Shown piece by piece: positions 18,599 to 28,117 of a stretch of 64,000 bases of DNA. Under the pieces are notes generated by a model. The model did not search any database. It had not been told where the DNA came from and saw only the letters and a list, made by a program, of their open reading frames with translations. Numbering within the stretch: the stretch's first letter is position 1; each line of letters starts with the position of its first letter. Both the position numbers and the translations under genes were made by a program. The stretch comes from Bacteroidota bacterium (GTDB taxonomy: Bacteria > Bacteroidota > Bacteroidia > Bacteroidales > UBA7960), in contig JBBISA010000002.1 in NCBI GenBank assembly GCA_037441525.1, positions 75,302 to 139,301 on the forward strand, in the 5' to 3' direction.

Positions 18599-20594
18599 CA
18601 ATAAATGAAACCCTCAGCAATAGCATATAATTGCGTCCCGGCATAGGACGGTGAAGTACCGAACGATATCGTTCATTGAATAAGTTATAAACCTTTATTT
18701 CTGCTGCCAGATTTATTTCCTTGAATGAAAAACCTTTGCCGACCGACAAATCATTCATGAAATAGGGATAGAGCCACATTCTGCGGCTGATATCGTTGGT
18801 AGAGGTTGTGAAACGCTCGCCGTAAGAGTTGTGTTGCAAGGCCAGTTCGAAGCCCTTGTACTCCAGGTGAAATAAAAAATTTCCGGAGTGTAAAGGAATG
18901 TAAACCAGTTGTTTTCCATAAGAATCAGTACCCCAAACAAGAGTATCGCCCAGGTTTCGTGCCCTTGTAAGGGCATAAGTTGCCGAAATACGGTAATTGA
19001 TACTTTGCAGGGTACTTCTGATATCCATATTTGCCTCGAGGCCCTGCGACAGGACCCTGCTTATGTTGCGTGGTTCCCAGTATCCTTTGAAGCTCGGTAT
19101 CCAAATGATCCAATTGTTGATGTCAGATCGAAAAATTGTAGCCTGCGACTGTAGAATTGTCCTGTGGTGATTAACCCGGTAACGCAGACCCCATTCAAAG
19201 CTGACCCCATCTTCGGGCATAAGTTCAGGATTTCCGCCAGGTTGCCAGTAAAGGTCGTTGAGTGAAGGGTGTTTATAGTTTCGGGCAATGTTGCCTTTTA
19301 TAAGCAACTCTTTGCCAGGTAGCAGCAAATAGTCAAACCCGACATAAGGAATCAGGGGCGAGCGACGGGCACCAGCCCAATCCTGGCGAAACATCGTTTT
19401 CACATTCAGCCTGTCAGCAAATCTTTGATTAATGGCAATATAAAATGAGTAATCGAGCCGCTCGGTTTCATATCCTGATTTAGAAACACTATCTTTCGAT
19501 GCTACTGAATGCCAGTTTACCTGCACATTTGACTCAAAGGACAGGTTATTGCTCATCGTGTAATTGTAACCAATCTGATTCAGGAAGCTCTGTTGTGTAC
19601 TTTCTGAAAAAACTGCAGGAACCAGTCCCAGCCCTGCCACCTGGTTTCGCAGGAAATAGTCAAGGTTTTTAAGCGAGTAACCTGACCTAACAAGCATAGC
19701 CGATGTATTGGTATGCCTGCTCCAATCGGCCACAAATTTATGATCTTTGTCAACCTGGTTGTTCAGATTGGCATTAAGTGGGCCTTCGTAACTGGTAACA
19801 TTGGGAATGTTCCTGTCAGCCACCTGGCTCCACCATTTGGCTGAAACCAGTTGGTTGCCCCGGGGTTGAAGAAAGAACTCGTGCAGCATGCCATATCTTT
19901 TCCACCCGGCATTGCGGTTGGTGTCAATAGGATTTACCAGTTTGCCGTTTTCAAGAGTGGCAATGGTTTTGTTGAGAAAGGTATAGTTGTTATCAGACTG
20001 GTTATGATACAGCCTGCTCCGCCATTGCATTTTCCTGTTTCCGATTGCAAGATTAACATATTCATCCCATGTGGCGAAACTCCCGATGCCTTGCAGGTAG
20101 CTTACATTAAGGGTATTATCCCAATCGGGCTGGTTGCTTATATTGATACTGCCCCCCAGCCCGCCGCTGTTGTCGGCAATGGAAGCAGTGCCATGTTTCA
20201 GTGAAACATTATCAAGAATATAAACAGGGATAAGTGAAAAATCGACCATCCCTGCCATGGGGGAGTTGATGTTGATGCCGTTCCAGGTAACCTGGGTATG
20301 CGATGGCGATGTGCCTCTGAATGATGCTGTTGCAAGTGCACCCCGGCCATGACTTTTGATAAATACAGGTGTGTTTTCGCTCAATAAATCTGATAGTGAG
20401 CTGGTTATTTTTCGTTGCAAAATCATGGAATCTACGGTGGTTTGCGCCATACCGGCAGTTTCCTTCTGAAACATCCTGTTAGCCTGCACATCAACTCCTG
20501 GCAAGACAATTATTGAATCGGTAATTGACTGAGCAATTGCTGATACCTGAAGCAGAGTTAAAGCAATGATGAATATATGGTAGAATTTCTTCAT
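18594..20594 (-). CDS. btuB: TonB-dependent receptor, BtuB-like (cobalamin-riboswitch operon)
   Basis: Signal peptide MKKFYHIFIIALTLLQVSAIAQ (start at 20594), TonB-box/plug region (IIVLPGVDVQANR; FRGTSPSHTQVTWNGININSP) and a beta-barrel C-terminus. The B12 role is inferred from the upstream riboswitch. Confidence 0.75.
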   Translation of the reverse strand: MKKFYHIFIIALTLLQVSAIAQSITDSIIVLPGVDVQANRMFQKETAGMAQTTVDSMILQRKITSSLSDLLSENTPVFIKSHGRGALATASFRGTSPSHTQVTWNGININSPMAGMVDFSLIPVYILDNVSLKHGTASIADNSGGLGGSINISNQPDWDNTLNVSYLQGIGSFATWDEYVNLAIGNRKMQWRSRLYHNQSDNNYTFLNKTIATLENGKLVNPIDTNRNAGWKRYGMLHEFFLQPRGNQLVSAKWWSQVADRNIPNVTSYEGPLNANLNNQVDKDHKFVADWSRHTNTSAMLVRSGYSLKNLDYFLRNQVAGLGLVPAVFSESTQQSFLNQIGYNYTMSNNLSFESNVQVNWHSVASKDSVSKSGYETERLDYSFYIAINQRFADRLNVKTMFRQDWAGARRSPLIPYVGFDYLLLPGKELLIKGNIARNYKHPSLNDLYWQPGGNPELMPEDGVSFEWGLRYRVNHHRTILQSQATIFRSDINNWIIWIPSFKGYWEPRNISRVLSQGLEANMDIRSTLQSINYRISATYALTRARNLGDTLVWGTDSYGKQLVYIPLHSGNFLFHLEYKGFELALQHNSYGERFTTSTNDISRRMWLYPYFMNDLSVGKGFSFKEINLAAEIKVYNLFNERYRSVLHRPMPGRNYMLLLRVSFID

Positions 20595-20728
20595 GAAATA
20601 TTTAAAACCAGGCATTTCTGACAATTTTGAGTCATGACTCAAAAATATTATAATAATTTTGAGTTATCACTCAAATTCTATTATTTCCTTCTGTGTTGGT
20701 TTATTAGCAGGGGTTTCAAAGCTGGTTT

Positions 20729-22144
20729 TTATTTCTTTACAAATCTAAGGGTATGCGTTTTCGTTCCGGAAATTACTTTCAAAAAGTAAACACCTTTCGG
20801 CAATTCTGAAACAGCAATCCTTTCCCCTTCGGAATAAATCTCCTGATGCACAATCAATCTACCTTCAGGATTATAGATAAAAATTGAACCATTTTCTACC
20901 CCGTCAATGTAAATAAATTCGCTGGCCGGATTGGGATAAACCGAGAGATGGCGATTTTTACCGTCATAGGAAGGGAGATTGTTGCTCAGGTCAATCTTGA
21001 CTGAAATCGTTGCTGAAATTTGTGGGTTATCGGCCAGTGTGGCCGTCAGGGTAATTTGTCCTGGTGTTGCGGCATGCAGTACCATTTTATCATCAACAAA
21101 AGCCCCTTCAGGATTACTGGCCCAGAGTATTTTTTTATCTCTCTGTATTCTTCCCATGTTAAAGGCGAAAGCTTCCAGCTGAAAGGGTAAAATAGAGATA
21201 ACGGCGGGAAGGTCTCTAATTACAATCATTTCTGACAATCCTTTTAGAGTACTGTTGGGTTCTGCCATAACGGCCCCTGTTATTTCTGTGGATATTTCGC
21301 CCAACCAGCCTGCATCTGCCTGCATTCCTGTGTGTACTTTAATAAAGTGTATCTCATTCAAATCAACATAATTACCCTCTTCGTCCACAGCCCAGCCTAT
21401 ATCGAACCCATCGCCACCGGCATTTTCAACACTTGCTATGTAGGGATTTCCGGGTTTAGTAAAGGGCGCAGTACCACGGGGGCGATTATCGGCATAACCG
21501 AAAGTGCGCCGGGCAGATACTATGATTGAAGGGTTAGAAGTGTCTATTTTACCTTTTATTCTTGTTCCGGTGTATTTGTGCGAAACACTGCCTACCGATG
21601 GAAAAAGCGTTATGTCGGGGTAATAAGGTTGTGTATGAAAAGACTTGGCAAGAACAACTCCCGAATGTGCAAAATTATCGGCCCAGGGTACATTTACAGC
21701 CTGGGGAGAACCCGGGTTAAAGTAGGTCATTTCATTCCTTTGAAGGGTACCCCGGAAAAAATAATCGCTGCCGGCCAGTTCATACCAGTTATCATCGGGA
21801 AGTCCGTTCCCATTTTCATCTTTCATAACCGAAACAATGCCAGGTTCGCAAAAGGCAGGCAATGGATTTCCAAAAATGATAAAATCGACCCCGTAGGGAT
21901 TATCTGGATTATTCTTAACAGGTGATTCAAAACTGAATACAACATAACCGCCAAATGCTCCAAGGCTTAAGGCTCCATTGATTGTGCCCACAATTGATTG
22001 GGCAGCCTGAGGTGTGCCAAAGGGCTCTTTGTTGATAAACTGACCAGGAGCGGGCTGATAATCATGAATTTTGTGAATATACTGGGCCATTCCCAAATTG
22101 GAAAAAAAAAGGGAAATGGTTAAAATGGAGAAAATGAACTTCAT
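20729..22144 (-). CDS. Secreted surface protein with T9SS C-terminal sorting domain, N-terminal domain unknown
   Basis: Signal peptide MKFIFSILTISLFFSNLGMAQ. C-terminus SVYPNPASEFIYIDG...LPKGVYFLKVISGTKTHTLRFVKK is a typical Por/T9SS CTD. Confidence 0.7.
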   Translation of the reverse strand: MKFIFSILTISLFFSNLGMAQYIHKIHDYQPAPGQFINKEPFGTPQAAQSIVGTINGALSLGAFGGYVVFSFESPVKNNPDNPYGVDFIIFGNPLPAFCEPGIVSVMKDENGNGLPDDNWYELAGSDYFFRGTLQRNEMTYFNPGSPQAVNVPWADNFAHSGVVLAKSFHTQPYYPDITLFPSVGSVSHKYTGTRIKGKIDTSNPSIIVSARRTFGYADNRPRGTAPFTKPGNPYIASVENAGGDGFDIGWAVDEEGNYVDLNEIHFIKVHTGMQADAGWLGEISTEITGAVMAEPNSTLKGLSEMIVIRDLPAVISILPFQLEAFAFNMGRIQRDKKILWASNPEGAFVDDKMVLHAATPGQITLTATLADNPQISATISVKIDLSNNLPSYDGKNRHLSVYPNPASEFIYIDGVENGSIFIYNPEGRLIVHQEIYSEGERIAVSELPKGVYFLKVISGTKTHTLRFVKK

Positions 22145-22165
22145 AAATAGATGGTTTCAAATATG

Positions 22166-22199
22166 AAAAATCTGGAGGCTCTTGTGCCTCCAGATTTTT
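22166..22199 (-). terminator. Strong terminator-like hairpin after the first operon gene
   Basis: AAAAATCTGGAGGC-tcttgt-GCCTCCAGATTTTT, a 9-bp GC-rich core extended by five A-T pairs. It lies 9 nt downstream of the 517-aa ORF stop, with T-tracts on both strands. Confidence 0.55.
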
Positions 22200-22207
22200 G
22201 GTTGTTT

Positions 22208-23761
22208 TTATCTTAAAACTATCATGCTGACATGAATATTATCAGCAGAGAAGATTCTCATCACATAGGTACCTCTGGGTAAATCATTCAGGGTAATGGT
22301 TTCATTAGGGAGAAAATTAGTTCTATTCACAACCAGCCTGCCATCCAGACTGAAAATTTCAATGCTTGCGAAACCATAATTTTCAAGTCCTTTTATCTGT
22401 ATAATGCCATGGCTGGGATTGGGATAAACTGATATGCTGTGAGACAAGGCTGATTGGGCAGCAACGGTAGATTGAACGGTGACATTAAAACTGGTAGTTA
22501 CGGTTTTTCCGTTTGACAAAGCCTGAAGTGTGATAGTTGTAATGCCACTTTGTTTTTCAATAGGAGTAAAGTACAGGGTTCCATCTGAAATATGAAGGTC
22601 CCCGATATAATGATTGGTATTTGAAAGAATAGTTACTTTAATTTGACCGTCATCATCATCAGGATCAGAAAAAATACCTGCAAGATTTATTGCAATTCCA
22701 CTGTCTGTGTCAAGCATTTTTATGTCAGCAATCTCCTTTGCAACCAAAGGGGCAAGGTCTGTTGCCACATAAATATTATCAACAGCAAAATAGGCAGGTG
22801 TATTCATTCCCCAGGCACCAATATCACTTGATGAAAGCATGAAGCCAAGGCTGTCAACTTTTCCGAGAGAAGAAAGTTCGAGCCATTGCCAGGTTTCAAT
22901 TATGTAGTCTTTGGTGTTATCTTCAAAGCGGAAATCGGCAAGGTAAAAGTGGGTGGTTTCGGTAGGGTTTCCATCCCTGAACCCCCAGACTGATAGCCTG
23001 AACCAATCGGGGTCATTGCCATCAATGCCGCCAAACTTTTTCGAGAAGGCATCGCCATATTTCATGGAAAGGGCAGTATAAGTGTTGTTGGTAACAAACA
23101 TGCCCTTTATATTATGCGATGATGGATTGTTGAATTTTAAAATAGTTGGATAATAAGCAATGCCATAATTGCTCCCGCTTTGCAATTCAGGCCTAATCCC
23201 CGAGCCTGTAATAGCACTGTGTTGGTTCAACCAGCCAGGCGTAGTATTATCAGAAACATTGGAATAAGCCCATTGGCTCCAGGAACCCCAATCGGCATTA
23301 TAATAATTGGGAAAGAAGATTTCACCAGAAGCAAATCCCCCTGAACCATCAGAACCATTCCAATAATTTTCAGGATTGAGAGCCAAATCATCGAAATCGG
23401 AAAGCAGATAATCGCCAATTATTTCAGGATAAACCCCGACCAGAAAAGAATTTTCTGTTTCTAAGGTTCCTGACTTTGCCATAATGGAAATGGTGGTTTG
23501 GCCAGGAGATAAGAAACTGATGCTTAGCACCCCCTGGTCAATTGATGCCACTGCCACTTCGGGAAAAGAGTTTAGTGAAACCGCAAAATCAAGCGGTTCG
23601 GAGCCATCGCCGGTAAAAATTGTATCCAATAAAAACCTGACCGGTTCTGATGACATACTTCCATAAATAGTTGGGATAGATTTCTCAACAACGGGGAAAT
23701 TTTCGGCTAAAGAAACATAAACCCACAATAGTAGGGTAATGAAGATGTAGAAATTTTTCAT
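22208..23761 (-). CDS. DUF4465-like surface protein with Ig-like segments and T9SS C-terminal sorting domain
   Basis: Signal peptide, then a central region NYWNGSDGSGGFASGEIFFPNYYNADWGSWSQWAYSN that resembles DUF4465. C-terminus SVYPNPSHGIIQIKG...LPRGTYVMRIF is a T9SS CTD. First gene after the riboswitch. Confidence 0.65.
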   Translation of the reverse strand: MKNFYIFITLLLWVYVSLAENFPVVEKSIPTIYGSMSSEPVRFLLDTIFTGDGSEPLDFAVSLNSFPEVAVASIDQGVLSISFLSPGQTTISIMAKSGTLETENSFLVGVYPEIIGDYLLSDFDDLALNPENYWNGSDGSGGFASGEIFFPNYYNADWGSWSQWAYSNVSDNTTPGWLNQHSAITGSGIRPELQSGSNYGIAYYPTILKFNNPSSHNIKGMFVTNNTYTALSMKYGDAFSKKFGGIDGNDPDWFRLSVWGFRDGNPTETTHFYLADFRFEDNTKDYIIETWQWLELSSLGKVDSLGFMLSSSDIGAWGMNTPAYFAVDNIYVATDLAPLVAKEIADIKMLDTDSGIAINLAGIFSDPDDDDGQIKVTILSNTNHYIGDLHISDGTLYFTPIEKQSGITTITLQALSNGKTVTTSFNVTVQSTVAAQSALSHSISVYPNPSHGIIQIKGLENYGFASIEIFSLDGRLVVNRTNFLPNETITLNDLPRGTYVMRIFSADNIHVSMIVLR

Positions 23762-23889
23762 TTTAGAATTTTTGCTGCATTAATCTGTTAGTAAATGGGT
23801 TTTCAGACTTTTGCAGCTAACGACAGGAGGGAAAAACACCCGGGATATCGTTTTGACCAGCTACCTGTTCTCCGCAGGCTGCAAAAATC

Positions 23890-24055
23890 ATTGTTTATCC
23901 CTGGCAGGTCTTCTGACTTGCTTCTGTTTCAGGCGCCTTCCCCAATGCATACGCACGAGTGACATGTAGCCCGAACCTTTGGTGAAGCTTACAGCAGCGG
24001 GAACTGTTGCCGATTTTCACGACATTCCCTTTTCATTCCATTAATGGAAACCAAA
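23890..24055 (-). promoter_or_regulatory. Cobalamin (B12) riboswitch
   Basis: The minus strand reads AAAAGGGAATGTCGTGAAAATCGGCAACAGTTCCCGCTGCTGTAAGC (24029-23987), then GGGGAAGGCGCC, then the B12 box GCAAGTCAGAAGACCTGCC (23921-23903). All are hallmark conserved cobalamin-aptamer elements, about 135 nt upstream of the ATG at 23761. Confidence 0.9.
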
Positions 24056-24062
24056 GACGCAA

Positions 24063-24092
24063 CAAATGTAGGTCAATTTTTTATCTTTGAAA
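24063..24092 (-). promoter_or_regulatory. Candidate promoter of the riboswitch operon (-7 TACATTTG)
   Basis: The minus strand has TACATTTG (24070-24063) just upstream of the aptamer. The -33 element is only TTTC, at 18-nt spacing. Confidence 0.35.
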
Positions 24093-24315
24093 TAAAGAAA
24101 TAAAAAAACTATTAACAATTGTTGCTAATAACCCAATTGTCTGTTGGTTTTATATCTAATAAAGGCTATGGTTGATAGAAATTGCAGCACATGCAATTGT
24201 TGTTGCAATGCTTATAAAGATTGAAAAATATGGTGTTTTACGTAGAAACATGCTTGAACAATTGATTACTTTTATCTGAATTATTTTGTGATTCACTCAT
24301 TTTCCGTTTATTATT

Positions 24316-25866
24316 ATGCCACGAAACATACAGCAATTTAGTGAAGAGAGATACAAATCGGTGGTGAGATTATCAAATACCGGAGTATGGGAATATCATT
24401 CTGATTCTCAATACCTTCTTTGTAGCCCCGAGTATTTTGAAATGCTCGGAATGGATGTCAGGGATTATCCTATGGATGGCCGGGCAAACCTGAAGGAGAC
24501 CTGGTTAGAACTTCTCCATCCAGAAGACTGTGAGCCTGCTGCCCAAAGGTTTCTTGATTACCTCAAAAGGGGGTCGCCAGGCATGTATGAAAATTATTTC
24601 AGGATGAAACACAGCAATGGCAAATGGCTGTGGATATGGTCGCGTGGGCAGACACTGAGAAATGTTGACGGCAGCTTTAGCGACCTTAAGGTGGGTATAC
24701 ATATCAACATTACTGAACGAAAACTTGCTGAAGACGCTCTTTATGAAAGTGAGGAGAAACTTATTGCCCTTTTCGATGCAATGACTGAAATTGTTGTTTT
24801 GTATGAAGTGGTTTTTGATGAGGCCGGAAAACCCGTCAACTACCGCATAACCGATTGCAATGCTGCCTTTACCAATAATGTCGGTATCACTCATGATTTT
24901 GCAGTTGGCAAACTTGCCACTGAGGTTTATTAAGTGCCTGAATCTCCCTATATTAAAGAATTTATGGATGTGGCCATTACCGGTATACCTTTTTACTTTG
25001 ACACCTATTTTCCATCCATGAAAAAGTACTTTTCTATTTCGGTGGTTTCACTCGGATTAAACAGGTTTGCAACTGTAACTACCGATATTACAAATATTAA
25101 ACAGGCCGAACAAATCATTGCAGCCAAAAATAAGGAGCTCGAACAGATAGTCTGTGTAGCATCGCACGATCTAAGATCGCCCCTTGTCAACGTTGAAGGT
25201 TATAGCCAGGAACTCGGATTCGTATTTGACGACCTGAGGTCTATCATGGAAGATTTAAAAGATGAACCTGATAAAATAATTCCTGCCTTAGAGGGTTTAC
25301 TGGCAGAAATTACCGATTCTTTAACCCATATCCGGTTAAGTGTAAGGCAGATGGATGCATTGCTCAAAGGATTATTAACCCTTTCGAGGGTTGGCAGAGC
25401 TGCACTTAAGCATGAAAAAGTGAATATGGGTTTATTACTTCAAAGATTAATTGCCTCCATGGATTATCAAATTCACAAGTTGGACGGACAACTTGAAGTA
25501 TCTGTTTTGCCATACTGTTGGAGCGATTCTGTGCAGATATCGCAGGTCTTTTCCAATTTAATAGGAAATGCTTTAAAATACTCCCATCCTGAGAGAAAAC
25601 CCCTTGTGAAAATATATGGGTTTTCTGATAATGGAAAATCAAAATACGTGGTGGAAGACAATGGAATTGGCATAGATAAAGAACATCAGGAAATAATTTT
25701 CGAATTGTTTCACAGGCTCGATCCAACGGCAAAAGAGGGAGATGGGCTGGGACTTACCATTGTAAAACAAATTCTTTTCAGACTCGACGGCAGTATTACC
25801 GTTGAATCGGAAGTCGGAGAAGGAAGCAGATTTATTGTTACACTGCAAGGCGCAGAAAATGATTGA
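24316..25866 (+). pseudogene. PAS-PAS sensor histidine kinase interrupted by in-frame TAA (24931-24933)
   Basis: Track ORFs 24316..24933 and 24934..25866 share one frame and are separated only by TAA. The second PAS domain spans the stop (...GKLATEVY*VPESPYIKEFMDVAITGIPFYFDTYFPSMKKYFSISV...). HisKA VASHDLRSPL and a HATPase domain follow. Confidence 0.6.
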
Positions 25867-25940
25867 AAAGGTTTATCAATTGCAGGGATTATTATGTTGA
25901 TAATTGTCCCTAAAATACTAACATAAAAAGAAAAACAAAA

Positions 25941-26384
25941 ATGAACAAGGAAGTAATAATTCTGGTGGCGGAAGATAACGAGGGTCATGCAGGTTTGATA
26001 CTAAAGAATCTTGCAAGGGCAGGAATTGTAAATCCCATTATCCATTTTATAAATGGACAAGAAGTGCTTGATTATCTTTACCGTTCGGGTCCGGGCCCCC
26101 ATAGAAAGGGCGGAGAATCATATATTTTGCTGCTCGATATAAGAATGCCTAAGGTAAATGGGGTAGAAGTTTTAAAACGTTTAAAATCCGATCCTGAATT
26201 AAAAAAAATACCTGTGGTAATGATCACTACCACCGACGACCCAAGAGAGGTGGAAAACTGCCACGAGTTGGGTTGCAGCAATTACATTACCAAGCATGTT
26301 GAATACGAATCTTTTGCAAACGCCATAAGGCAATTTGGCTTGTTCCTGTCAGTGGTTCAGATACCACAGATTAATATAGATTAA
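25941..26384 (+). CDS. Single-domain response regulator (receiver only)
   Basis: ILVAEDNEGH and LLLDIRMPKVNG motifs. 147 aa with no output domain. Confidence 0.85.
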   Translation: MNKEVIILVAEDNEGHAGLILKNLARAGIVNPIIHFINGQEVLDYLYRSGPGPHRKGGESYILLLDIRMPKVNGVEVLKRLKSDPELKKIPVVMITTTDDPREVENCHELGCSNYITKHVEYESFANAIRQFGLFLSVVQIPQINID

Positions 26385-26420
26385 TGTTGGAATAAACAAT
26401 GCATAATAACTGCAACAATA

Positions 26421-28013
26421 ATGGACCAGCCCCGCTCTAATAAACCATTTAATTTTCGCAAGATTTTGGTGGTGGAAGATGATCCCGGTCTTTTAGCTCT
26501 GATTGTAAAAACCTTAATTCGTTCTGGGTTTGATGCCCAAGGGGCATCCGATGGGAAGAAAGCCCTTGAAGCCATCAAAGAAGATCCCCAAAGGGTTATT
26601 CTCATCGACCATCAATTGCCCGATATGAATGGTATGGAGCTGGTTAGAAAGCTTAAGGTAGAAGGGAATGAAGTAAATTTTATCTCAATGACAGGACAAG
26701 GCGACGAAAAGCTTGCCGTTGAGATGATGAAACTTGGTGCATCAGACTATCTTGTAAAAGAAATAGGGTTTATAAGTCTCTTGCCCGGTATCCTGGAAAG
26801 AGTGTTTCGAAACATCGAAACCGAAGTTCTTTTAAGAAAGGAACAGGAATCAAGAGCCATTCTTGAAAAGGAAATTGAAATCGCCAGAAATACGCTGCTA
26901 TTCAAACAAAAATTCCTGGCAAGCATTAGCCACGAAATTCGCACACCATTAACCGGGGTTATCGGAACCATAGAACTGCTTGAAAAAACAGGACTTGATG
27001 ATCGCCAGTTCGATCTGATAAATACCCTTAGGCAATCGTCTGAGAACCTTAGCGAAATAATTGATCAGGTACTTGATTATTCGAGAATTGAAGCCGGAAG
27101 GGTTAATCTGAACAAAACAGGTTTTTGCATTGATGAATTTGTGCAAGAAATTGAAGGTGTTTTTAATAGTCTATGCCGTAAACCAGTTATATTCAATACA
27201 TTGGTTGAAAAAAACTTTCCTGTTTCCATTATAGCTGATGAAAAAAGAATATTGCAGATAGTTAACAATCTTTTGGTGAATGCAGTAAAGTTTACCGAGC
27301 AGGGAGAAATTACCTTAGAGATAAGGCTTGGCAAAAAAACTAATGAAAATGCCCATTTAATAGAATTTTCTGTTTCTGATACAGGCATTGGAATTTCGGA
27401 AGAAAACCTGAAAAATATCTTTACACCCTTTTCTCAGTTTCATCAGATTGAATCGCCAGATTATTCAGGTACCGGGCTGGGCTTGTCTATTTGCAAAGAG
27501 TTGGTTGAATTACATGGCGGACGTATTGAAGCTGAAAGTAAGGTGGGAAAAGGAAGCACATTCCGGTTTTACATTGAAGCCGAAATTTCGGATACCAAAT
27601 CCCTGATGAAAGGAAAACCCAATCAGATTAAGGTAAACAACAAGAAATCGCTGAGAGTGTTGTTAGTAGAGGATAAATTGATCAATCAGAAAGTAATAAA
27701 TCTTCTTCTCACAGCACTTGGGCATAAGGTAATTATTGCAGGTAATGGCTCGGAAGCGCTAAAAAAATTCAGACCGGGTATATTTGATCTTATCCTCATG
27801 GATATTCAGATGCCGGTGATGGATGGAATTACCGCTACTCGCATGCTCAGGGATAAATACAAAAATGAATTACCTCCCGTGGTAGGGCTCAGTGCCAATG
27901 CATTTGAAGGAGACCGCGAAAGATACCTGAACCAGGGCATGGATGACTACCTGACAAAACCGGTGCGCTCTGATGACTTTATCACTTTAATTGATAAAAT
28001 CTTTGCACATTAA
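26421..28013 (+). CDS. Hybrid histidine kinase (REC-HisKA-HATPase-REC)
   Basis: N-terminal receiver (ILVVEDD, LIDHQLPDMNG), HisKA SISHEIRTPL, HATPase GTGLGLSICKELVELHGG and a C-terminal receiver (LILMDIQMPVMDG). Confidence 0.9.
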   Translation: MDQPRSNKPFNFRKILVVEDDPGLLALIVKTLIRSGFDAQGASDGKKALEAIKEDPQRVILIDHQLPDMNGMELVRKLKVEGNEVNFISMTGQGDEKLAVEMMKLGASDYLVKEIGFISLLPGILERVFRNIETEVLLRKEQESRAILEKEIEIARNTLLFKQKFLASISHEIRTPLTGVIGTIELLEKTGLDDRQFDLINTLRQSSENLSEIIDQVLDYSRIEAGRVNLNKTGFCIDEFVQEIEGVFNSLCRKPVIFNTLVEKNFPVSIIADEKRILQIVNNLLVNAVKFTEQGEITLEIRLGKKTNENAHLIEFSVSDTGIGISEENLKNIFTPFSQFHQIESPDYSGTGLGLSICKELVELHGGRIEAESKVGKGSTFRFYIEAEISDTKSLMKGKPNQIKVNNKKSLRVLLVEDKLINQKVINLLLTALGHKVIIAGNGSEALKKFRPGIFDLILMDIQMPVMDGITATRMLRDKYKNELPPVVGLSANAFEGDRERYLNQGMDDYLTKPVRSDDFITLIDKIFAH

Positions 28014-28117
28014 TTATTCTTTCTCACAATTTTAATTAACAATGTGCTGTTTAGGCAATATATTATTTATTTTGACTGCAATTTCTTTATAGTTATTCAA
28101 TTGCTTTAATCCAATCC

